DNA of 64,000 nt from Nitrospirota bacterium (GCA_013388555.1 JACAFD010000056.1:8331-72330), one strand, 5' to 3'. Counted from the stretch's first letter, positions 7,588 through 14,648 are shown. Notes: generated by a model not told the origin, from the letters alone. A program made the numbers and translations.

Positions 7588-8607
7588 ATGCTTAAGATTT
7601 CCCTCCTCTCTATCGGTCTCTTGACCCTTGGGATCATCGTCTGGCATGTCGGCCCAGGGCGTATCTACGACGTGACTGCGCAACTCGGGCCGGTGGCGCT
7701 CCTTCTCATGCTGATTCCGTCCGTCATCATGTACATCGTCGAAGCATACGGATGGAAAGTGACGCTTGGCCCCTCGGCGAAGCATATTCCATTCTGGCGT
7801 GTGCTTGCGATCCGGACTGCGGGGGAAGTCGTGAACATGACCACGCCGGCCGCTTACTCCGGGGGTGAGCCGCTCAAGGCTCATCTATTGAAGAATCGCA
7901 ACGTACCGATGGTAGACGGGGTCACCTCGGTCGTCATTGCGAAAACGACGATGACCGTTGCCGAAGTGCTGTTCATCCTCCTCGGCATCGGACTCGGTAT
8001 GTGGCTCTTAGGCGGGAACGATTCATCCGGCCAGACTCTGGCTGCGGCACTCTTCAGCGTAGGCCTGCTGGCCTTCGGGACTGCCGCGTTTGTCTTCGTG
8101 CAGCGGCAAGGACTCTTTACCTGGTCGTTGCAGTTTCTGCGGAAGGTCGGACTGAAGATTCATTATCTTGAAACCCGCGAGGAAAAATTGCGATCGCTGG
8201 ATCGCACGATCTTGGATTTCTACCGCCATCACCGTCCGGCTTTTTGCGCCTCCACCGGGTTGTTCTTTCTCGGGTGGATGGCAGAAGCGTTGGAAGTGTA
8301 TGTCATCATCTATTTTCTCGGTGGCCCTGCCATAGCCCTGTCCGCGATCTCCATCGGGGCCCTTTCCGTCTTCATCAAAGGAGGCACTTTCTTTATTCCT
8401 GGTAGCCTGGGCGCACAGGACGCGGGGAATTTGTTTTTGTTGAATGCTTTCGGTTACTCCGATGTCGCCGGCATCACCTTCGCGTTGCTGAGGCGATTTC
8501 GAGAGCTGACCTGGATCGGCATCGGGCTTCTCTGTCTCGCGCTGCTGCGCGGGCATATCGCGAAAATCCCTGAAATCCGCCTTCTCGACCCAGAAGTTGG
8601 GCCCTAA
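7588..8607 (+). CDS. UPF0104 / MprF flippase-like integral membrane protein, copy 3 of 3
   Basis: 339 aa, with the same conserved blocks as copies 1 and 2. About 72 percent identity to copy 1 over the first 60 residues by hand count. Confidence 0.8.
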   Translation: MLKISLLSIGLLTLGIIVWHVGPGRIYDVTAQLGPVALLLMLIPSVIMYIVEAYGWKVTLGPSAKHIPFWRVLAIRTAGEVVNMTTPAAYSGGEPLKAHLLKNRNVPMVDGVTSVVIAKTTMTVAEVLFILLGIGLGMWLLGGNDSSGQTLAAALFSVGLLAFGTAAFVFVQRQGLFTWSLQFLRKVGLKIHYLETREEKLRSLDRTILDFYRHHRPAFCASTGLFFLGWMAEALEVYVIIYFLGGPAIALSAISIGALSVFIKGGTFFIPGSLGAQDAGNLFLLNAFGYSDVAGITFALLRRFRELTWIGIGLLCLALLRGHIAKIPEIRLLDPEVGP

Positions 8608-8665
8608 TATCTGATCTCTTTTCCCATCCACTGTTCGAGAAGGTAGGCAAGGGCGGCCTGGTTGT

Positions 8666-9205
8666 CCTCCTGCTCGCGGAACGCGCACGCTCAGAAGGTG
8701 AGGCGCGAGGGTGTGAGGAGCTTTCTTTGCTCCCGGAGCGCGCGCCCTAGGAAGGGCCTCCCTCGAGGTTGCACTCGGATCAACACGGTTGTCCTTACTT
8801 GATGGTTTGGCCACGGTTAAGCCACACGAATGTATTTTGTCACTAAAGGACGCTTACTCCACAACAAACGTGGGAACGCTAGGCACATAACCATCTAAAG
8901 ATTGCTTTTCTGTCGGTCAGACTACGGCCGTCGAACAAGATATAAATACCCTTTCCGAGCGTCTCGTTGGTGTTTTTCAAGCGGCAGTCTGGTCGATCTC
9001 TCACTGCGTGCGTCCAACGAGGAACTCTGGCTATCTCTTCCCAACATCACACTATCTCTTCGCAAGGGAGTCGCCGGACTGTCCTTCACTGCGCGCATCG
9101 GACGAGCACCGTTTCATCGTGCGCGTTCTGCGAGCAAGAAGGATGGTCTGGCGGCTCCCTTCAGATCCTTCTCAGGCCGCGCGTTGCGCGAGCACAAGAG
9201 ATTAA
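8666..9205. repeat. Cluster of REP-like palindromic units in the 637-bp gap upstream of cstA
   Basis: Four units are visible. 8666-8720 (cctcctgctcgcggaacgcgcacg...cgcgagggtgtgaggag) is a core-type hairpin. 8958-9025 has ctcgttgg / ccaacgag arms with an inverted right-half core. 9098-9150 is a reverse-oriented full core (actgcgcgcatcggacgagcaccgtttcatcgtgcgcgttctgcgagcaagaagg). 9177-9205 is a reverse-oriented left-half core (gccgcgcgttgcgcgagcacaagag). Confidence 0.6.
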
Positions 9206-9244
9206 CCAGGTTGCCCCCTTCCCTGTTTGTGCTAGGATGCCCGC

Positions 9245-11251
9245 ATGCCCGCATTAAAGCTGGTCCTGTGGGGCTTCCTTGCAATCCTCGGTGCTGTTGC
9301 GCTCGCCTTTGTTGTCGGTTTTGTCAATCCACAGGAAAAAGTGAATGGTCTTTGGCTCGTCGTTGCGGCGGCTTGTATTTATGTGCTGGCCTTTCGATTC
9401 TATGGCCGCTGGATTTCTCAGCGTGTGGTCGAACTGAACGATCAGCGTGTGACTCCGGCAGTGCGGTTGAATGACGGCGTCAATTTTCATCCCACTAATA
9501 AATATGTGTTGTTTGGCCATCACTTCGCGGCAATTGCCGGGGCAGGCCCGCTGCTTGGGCCGGTTCTGGCAGCGCAGTTCGGATTTCTTCCCGGATTTCT
9601 CTGGCTGGTGATCGGTGCAGTGTTGGCGGGCGCGGTGCAGGACTTCGTCATTCTGGTTGCGTCCATGCGGAGGAATGGCCGCTCACTTCCTGAAATTGCA
9701 CGCGATGAACTGGGCCTTGTTACCGGAACTGCGACGGCGGTGGCGGTGCTCTTTATCGTGGTGGTGGCTTTGGCAGGGCTGGGCTTTGCCGTTGTGAATG
9801 CGCTCTACTTCAATGCCTGGGGCACCTTCACGATTGCGATGACGATTCCTATCGGCCTCTTTATGGGCTTCTATCTTCAAAAGTTCCGGCCAGGCCAGGT
9901 GGCGGAAGTTTCCCTGCTCGGTGTGGTGATGTTGGTCGCAGCCGTAATCCTCGGGCGGGTGGTTGCTCAGTCTTCAATTGCCGGATGGTTTGAGTTCGAG
10001 CGAACGACGCTGGTCTGGGGACTGGCTTGCTACGGGTTTCTCGCGTCTGTCTTGCCGGGCTGGATGTTGCTAGTGCCACGTGGGTATCTCTCCACCTTTA
10101 TGAAGCTCGGCGTGGTGGCATTGCTGGGGGGGGGGGTGATTCTCATGGCGCCGACGATCGAGATGCCGCGCGTCACGATATTTGCCGGCGGAGGCGGACC
10201 GATCATTCCCGGGACGCTCTTTCCCTTCCTCTTCATCACCATTGCCTGTGGAGCTATCTCTGGTTTTCACTCGCTGGTCTCTTCTGGGACGACGCCGAAA
10301 ATGATCGAGCAGGAATCCCAGGCTACGGTCGGCTATGGGGCGATGTTGCTTGAAAGTTTTGTCGGTGTGATGGCGCTCATTGCCGCCTCGGTGTTGATTC
10401 CCGGTGATTATCTGGCGATCAATACTATGCTCTCGCCCGAAGCGCTGGCTGCGATGGGCTTTCCTGTCTCGCGGATTCAGGAACTCTCGCACCTCGTCGA
10501 GACGGATGTAGCTGGCAGGCCTGGAGGAGCTGTTTCGTTGGCGGTCGGCATGGCCTCTATTTTTTCCGCGCTCCCCGGTATGGCCGGCTTGATGGCTTAC
10601 TGGTATCAATTCGCGCTGGTGTTCGAGGCCCTGTTCATTCTGACAACGATCGATACTGGCACGCGTGTGGGGCGCTATCTCATTCAGGAGATGGGCGGGC
10701 GGTTGTACGCTCCATTACGCAGGATAAATTGGTGGCCCGGTGTAGCGGTGAGCAGCGTCCTGGTTGTGGGAGCCTGGAGTTACCTCATCGGCACCGGCAG
10801 CATCTCGACGCTCTGGCCGATGTTCGGCGCAGCGAATCAGTTGCTCGGCACCTTGGCGCTCTGCATCGGGACAACGGTGCTCATCAAAATGCGGAAGGCG
10901 CAATATCTCTGGATTACGGCAGCACCAATGCTGTTTGTCGGCAGCATTACCTTGATAGGGTCCTACGAGATGTTCGGCATGTTCGTGAGCAGGGCCTCGT
11001 CCCTTGCCGACGGCGGGCAGGCCTTTGCCCTGTATCTTGATGCGGGGTTGGTGGCGGTGGTGGCCTTGCTCGCGGTGATCGTCTTGGGCGATAGTATCAG
11101 GCAGTGGTACGGCTATCTTGTCTTGAAGCGGCCCTTCACCAGCAGCGAAGTGGTGGTGATGGCCGGTGGGAGTTCGCCTGGAAGATTGCGGACAACGATT
11201 CATTCTGATGAGGAGCAGCGGTTGCAGCTGCCAGGAGGAGGGTGCTGCTAG
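9245..11251 (+). CDS. cstA: Carbon starvation protein A (CstA family peptide/pyruvate transporter)
   Basis: 668 aa and polytopic. The N-terminal region RFYGRWISQRV...PTNKYVLFGHHFAAIAGAGPLLGPVLAAQFG is the hallmark CstA block. Confidence 0.9.
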   Translation: MPALKLVLWGFLAILGAVALAFVVGFVNPQEKVNGLWLVVAAACIYVLAFRFYGRWISQRVVELNDQRVTPAVRLNDGVNFHPTNKYVLFGHHFAAIAGAGPLLGPVLAAQFGFLPGFLWLVIGAVLAGAVQDFVILVASMRRNGRSLPEIARDELGLVTGTATAVAVLFIVVVALAGLGFAVVNALYFNAWGTFTIAMTIPIGLFMGFYLQKFRPGQVAEVSLLGVVMLVAAVILGRVVAQSSIAGWFEFERTTLVWGLACYGFLASVLPGWMLLVPRGYLSTFMKLGVVALLGGGVILMAPTIEMPRVTIFAGGGGPIIPGTLFPFLFITIACGAISGFHSLVSSGTTPKMIEQESQATVGYGAMLLESFVGVMALIAASVLIPGDYLAINTMLSPEALAAMGFPVSRIQELSHLVETDVAGRPGGAVSLAVGMASIFSALPGMAGLMAYWYQFALVFEALFILTTIDTGTRVGRYLIQEMGGRLYAPLRRINWWPGVAVSSVLVVGAWSYLIGTGSISTLWPMFGAANQLLGTLALCIGTTVLIKMRKAQYLWITAAPMLFVGSITLIGSYEMFGMFVSRASSLADGGQAFALYLDAGLVAVVALLAVIVLGDSIRQWYGYLVLKRPFTSSEVVVMAGGSSPGRLRTTIHSDEEQRLQLPGGGCC

Positions 11252-11264
11252 GAGTGACCTGCTC

Positions 11265-11379
11265 AATCTCCTGTGCTCGCGCAACGCGCGGTCTCGGAAG
11301 ACCCTCGCCCGGGCTACTGGCACGTCTCGGCGTGCCAGTGGGTGGGCGGGTCAGAAAGCTGTGCGCAGTGGGAGATCAA
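11265..11379 (+). repeat. 115-nt REP-like element, long form (family B), copy 1
   Basis: Aligns without gaps to 46696-46810, with about 14 mismatches in 115 nt by hand. The outer parts equal the short core family. The inner module contains the perfect hairpin ggcacg-tctcgg-cgtgcc. Confidence 0.75.
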
Positions 11380-11453
11380 GCAGGCCGCTCTTTGAGATAT
11401 CGAAGAGTGTTTCTGGAGAACATAGATGAGTGAAGTGACGAGAGGAGGGGATT

Positions 11454-11951
11454 GTGGCTGAGCAGTTTTCATTTGATGTCGTCTCAGAAGTGAACATGCA
11501 AGAGATGAAGAATGTCGTCGATCAAGCGACGAAGGAGATCAAACAGCGCTTCGACTTCAAAGACTCGAAGACAGAGATTACGTTGAAGGAGAAGGAAAAG
11601 GAACTGGTCTTGGTGTCCGACGATGAATATAAACTCAATGCGGTGAACGATATTATCAAGACCAAGTGTGTGAAGCGCGGGGTCTCGCTGAAGGCGTTTG
11701 CCTATGGGAATATAGAGCCGGCGCTGAGCGGGACGGTGCGCCAGGTGGCGAAGATTCAAAGCGGGATCGCGGCGGACAAGGCGAAAGAGGTGACGAAGGC
11801 CATCAAGGAGTCCAAGCTGAAAGTGCAGGCGCAAATTCAAAGTGAACAGGTGCGTGTGCTGAGCAAGAGCAAGGATGATCTCCAGGCGGCTATGGCGTTT
11901 CTCAGGGGCAAAGATTTTGGGATTGATCTGCAGTTCACCAACTACCGCTAA
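11454..11951 (+). CDS. yajQ: YajQ-family nucleotide-binding protein (UPF0234)
   Basis: 165 aa. SFDVVSEVNMQEMKNVVDQATKEIKQRFDFKDSKTEI is the characteristic YajQ N-terminus. GTG start. Confidence 0.9.
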   Translation: MAEQFSFDVVSEVNMQEMKNVVDQATKEIKQRFDFKDSKTEITLKEKEKELVLVSDDEYKLNAVNDIIKTKCVKRGVSLKAFAYGNIEPALSGTVRQVAKIQSGIAADKAKEVTKAIKESKLKVQAQIQSEQVRVLSKSKDDLQAAMAFLRGKDFGIDLQFTNYR

Positions 11952-11954
11952 TCC

Positions 11955-12077
11955 AGGATGCTGAAACAGGTCCCCAACTTCGTTCTCGGATCGAAATAAT
12001 CCTCAACGTACCCAGAGGGTACGCCTCCGGTTATTTCTCTCCTGCGGCCTCGTTGGGTGACCTGTTTGAGCATCCTG
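11955..12077. repeat. About 125-nt long-hairpin repeat (family A), copy 1
   Basis: The termini caggatgctgaaacaggtccccaac and gttgggtgacctgtttgagcatcctg are near-perfect inverted repeats. The centre contains the gtaccc-aga-gggtac hairpin. It is homologous throughout to 63204-63328. Confidence 0.75.
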
Positions 12078-12091
12078 TGGGATTTTGTCTT

Positions 12092-13114
12092 GTGCATGCT
12101 AGAATTCTTATCCTCGTTTTTCTCCTGCTAGCTTCCCTCTTTGGCTGTAATCGCGGCGATCCCATTGTTGTTATCCAGCTCAATCCGAAGAATCCTGACA
12201 TCATCTACGTCGCGACAAACGACTATATCTATAAGACGCGAGATGGGGGCCAGACCTGGACCAATCTGTCACATGGGATGAGCCACTCGCGCGTGATTTC
12301 GATGGCGATCGATCCGGTATATCCGGCCACGGTGTATGTGGGTACGAAGGGTGATGCTGTCTTTAAGAGTCACGATGGCGGGCAGCACTGGGTTTCGATG
12401 CGTTCGGGGTTAGACGATGCAACGATCTCGTCGGTGGTGAATCAATTCGTCTTCGATCCGACAGACAGCAACCATATCTTTCTTGCTACAACGATGGGTG
12501 TCTCCGAGACGAAAGACGGCGGCGAGCATTGGGTGAAGAAAATGGAAGGGATGAAGGAAGTGCTGATGGTGGTCGCGCTGGGTATGGATCCGACGAGGCC
12601 GGCGATTATATATGCGGGCACGAGCGGCGGAGTATACAAAACGATCGACGAGGCCACCCATTGGGAGAAGGTGAACAACGGCCTCGTGTCGCCCGACATT
12701 ATTAAGTCGTCGCGGGCACTCAGCGTGACGTCGGTGCTGGTCGACCCGTTTGAGCCGGAAACGGTGTACGCATCCACACTGTCCGGACTCTATAAGACGA
12801 CGGATGGCGGGAAGGTCTGGGTGCGGATCGGGCAATCGCTCCAAGATCAGATGTTGTTTTCGATGATTTTGGATCGGACGAAGAAGGGCGTCATTTATCT
12901 GGGCGGTCGGGAAGGCGTCCATCGGAGCGAAGATGGCGGGGCGACGTGGAGCACGCTGAATTCTGGCCTTGCAACGCTTAACATCCGATCACTCGTGCAG
13001 AGTCCGACCGATCCGGAAGTGTTCTATGTAGGGACAAACGGGAGTGGCTTATATAGGAGTAAAAATCGAGGAGAGACCTGGGAATCGGTACCGACTGCGC
13101 TTTCAAAGCAGTGA
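12092..13114 (+). CDS. Lipoprotein with BNR/Asp-box repeats (Ycf48-like / sialidase-like beta-propeller)
   Basis: I chose the GTG at 12092 as start because the longer ORF start at 12053 lies inside repeat A1. The lipobox is LLLASLFGC. There are about seven Asp-box units: TRDGGQTW, SHDGGQHW, TKDGGEHW, TIDEATHW, TTDGGKVW, SEDGGATW, SKNRGETW. Confidence 0.7.
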   Translation: MHARILILVFLLLASLFGCNRGDPIVVIQLNPKNPDIIYVATNDYIYKTRDGGQTWTNLSHGMSHSRVISMAIDPVYPATVYVGTKGDAVFKSHDGGQHWVSMRSGLDDATISSVVNQFVFDPTDSNHIFLATTMGVSETKDGGEHWVKKMEGMKEVLMVVALGMDPTRPAIIYAGTSGGVYKTIDEATHWEKVNNGLVSPDIIKSSRALSVTSVLVDPFEPETVYASTLSGLYKTTDGGKVWVRIGQSLQDQMLFSMILDRTKKGVIYLGGREGVHRSEDGGATWSTLNSGLATLNIRSLVQSPTDPEVFYVGTNGSGLYRSKNRGETWESVPTALSKQ

Positions 13115-13120
13115 GGGAGA

Positions 13121-14179
13121 TTACTGCCGCGGGGCGGTGCCTCGTTCTTGGATGGTCGAACCGACAGAGGACGACCCGAACGACGAGCCAACGCCAGACT
13201 CTCCAAGGCTCGAGCCAACGCTAGAGCCGCCGAAGCTCGATCCCACCGTCGAGTCCGATAGACTTGATCCTACTGTCGAAGGTTGCAGTGAAGAGCCGAC
13301 TGCCGAAGACGATTCGTTGTTGAAGGTGGACTGGCCGATTGAAGGGCCCGCACGGCCTGTGGCTCCGATCCCAAACCCTGCGGGGCCTGAGCTGCCGATG
13401 TCATGGCTATTTTTCGATGAGGCCCCTATGTCTTGGCCGGTCACGCCTTCCGCTCCGATGGTGTTGCCGGTCTTTGGAGTTTTTCCGATATTCGGTCCTG
13501 CGGCCGGTGTTGCGCCAATATTGGCACCTGTCCGTGGGCCTATCGAGAGCTTCGGCGCGCGGATATCTTTCTCAATCGACTCTTCCATATCACGAATCGC
13601 ATTTGCCTCCCGACCTGAGTTCTCAAAACTCCCTGAGTCACGAGCCTTGGTCGAGGTGCTGATGCGTTCGAGCGTCGCACGCAGCTTCTTCAGATCAGCG
13701 CGGGCTTTGGCGACAGTCGGGATCATCTCGCGGAGCATGATGCCGCGCGAAGCCATAGAGTGATTTGACATATTGGTTTGGGTGGATTTGAGGAGATCTC
13801 CGACCTCGTCCGCCATTTCTTCGACCTGTTGAAGTTCTGAAAGGTCGGTTTTGCAGCAATCGAGGAAGTTACGATACTTGTCCAGGAAAGACGATACGTC
13901 ACTCTGCAGATTTTCGACCTTGAAGTCTCGTAGCGGTTTGTCCTCCGCGGGTATTCTCGCCTCTTCTTCTACTGTCTTGACATTTTCCTTGTCAGCAATC
14001 GGTACGCATCCTGGCCCTTGCTTTGCCGAATACTGCCGATCAGACTTCTGATCGGGGCACCAATAGAGAGATGATGCCGCTGACGCCGCGGTGGCTGTTA
14101 TTCCGTTGAACGTGAAGGCGCCCCCTCCGATCACAACAATAATCAGGCGGAGTGCTTTCGCGGTGATGAATGATCGCAT
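13121..14179 (-). CDS. Exported protein with a DUF4124-like N-domain, a coiled-coil middle and periodic Gly/Ser-rich C-terminal repeats
   Basis: 352 aa. The signal-like N-terminus is LRLIIVVIGGGAFTFNGITATAASAAS. LYWCPDQKSDRQYSAKQGPGCVPI resembles DUF4124, from memory. The C-terminus has 10-residue IGxxxxxGxx units followed by 9-residue VGSSxxxSx units. The plus-strand ORF 13044..13763 is the low-complexity shadow. Confidence 0.7.
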   Translation of the reverse strand: MRSFITAKALRLIIVVIGGGAFTFNGITATAASAASSLYWCPDQKSDRQYSAKQGPGCVPIADKENVKTVEEEARIPAEDKPLRDFKVENLQSDVSSFLDKYRNFLDCCKTDLSELQQVEEMADEVGDLLKSTQTNMSNHSMASRGIMLREMIPTVAKARADLKKLRATLERISTSTKARDSGSFENSGREANAIRDMEESIEKDIRAPKLSIGPRTGANIGATPAAGPNIGKTPKTGNTIGAEGVTGQDIGASSKNSHDIGSSGPAGFGIGATGRAGPSIGQSTFNNESSSAVGSSLQPSTVGSSLSDSTVGSSFGGSSVGSSLGESGVGSSFGSSSVGSTIQERGTAPRQ

Positions 14180-14318
14180 GAAACCATTCTCAGTCCGACT
14201 CGAATTCTTGTCAATGAAACACTCAACTTCGTGATCTTGACGGATTATTCAGCGGCCATGAGCCCATGGCTATGCCCCTGCCGATTTCTCACCGGACATA
14301 TATTCACGTGGCGATTAA

Positions 14319-14495
14319 GGGGGATGGTGGGGCTCACTGTGTTCCCAAGAGGTGATGTAGCTTCACTAGCGATGGCCTGGCGGAGCGAATAGCACACAGC
14401 CAACAGCTTGGCTGTGTGCCGTTACCATCGTGCATGGTGCACTCCAGTGAGCCTAGACAAGATGAGCGAAATCCCGACACCCCACGATTTCCCCA
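14319..14495. ncRNA. Candidate structured RNA or unique hairpin element (strand undetermined)
   Basis: The helices are nested. gcacacagcc (14392-14401) pairs with ggctgtgtgc (14410-14419), 10 bp. cgatgg (14370-14375) pairs with ccatcg (14425-14430). ggctcactg (14331-14339) pairs with cagtgagcc (14445-14453), 9 bp. There is a weaker outer pairing of 14319-14330 with 14482-14493. Small hairpins gtga..tcac and gtgca-tgg-tgcac lie in the two strands between helices. No credible ORF is present. Confidence 0.25.
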
Positions 14496-14573
14496 CAGCC
14501 TTCCACATGGCGCACATGTTTCCTCCGTCGAAGACCACAGACTTTCAGACTTCATAAGTCCATGTATTTCCTG

Positions 14574-14601
14574 TTGACAAGTCTTTTTTGCGGTGTATAC
14601 T
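14574..14601 (+). promoter_or_regulatory. Sigma70-like promoter candidate for the dcw cluster
   Basis: Perfect TTGACA (14574-14579), 16-nt spacer, TATACT (14596-14601). It lies about 48 nt upstream of the rsmH ATG at 14649. Confidence 0.45.
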
Positions 14602-14648
14602 GCCTGCGCTGGTGGGAGAAAGTGGGTGGATCTGGCCGTAAATAATTT

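Noticed and set aside
8023-9474. ORFs 8023..8814 (minus) and 8902..9474, 8967..9257, 9008..9205 (plus) in the gap upstream of cstA
   Set aside because: They are read-throughs of palindromic repeats or antisense to UPF0104 copy 3. They have a low-complexity Arg/Ser/Cys-rich composition, and each overlaps several repeat units.
13044-13763. 239-aa plus-strand ORF opposite the periodic-repeat protein
   Set aside because: It is a shadow frame of a low-complexity region. The minus-strand frame has a signal peptide, a recognisable N-domain and clean peptide periodicity.
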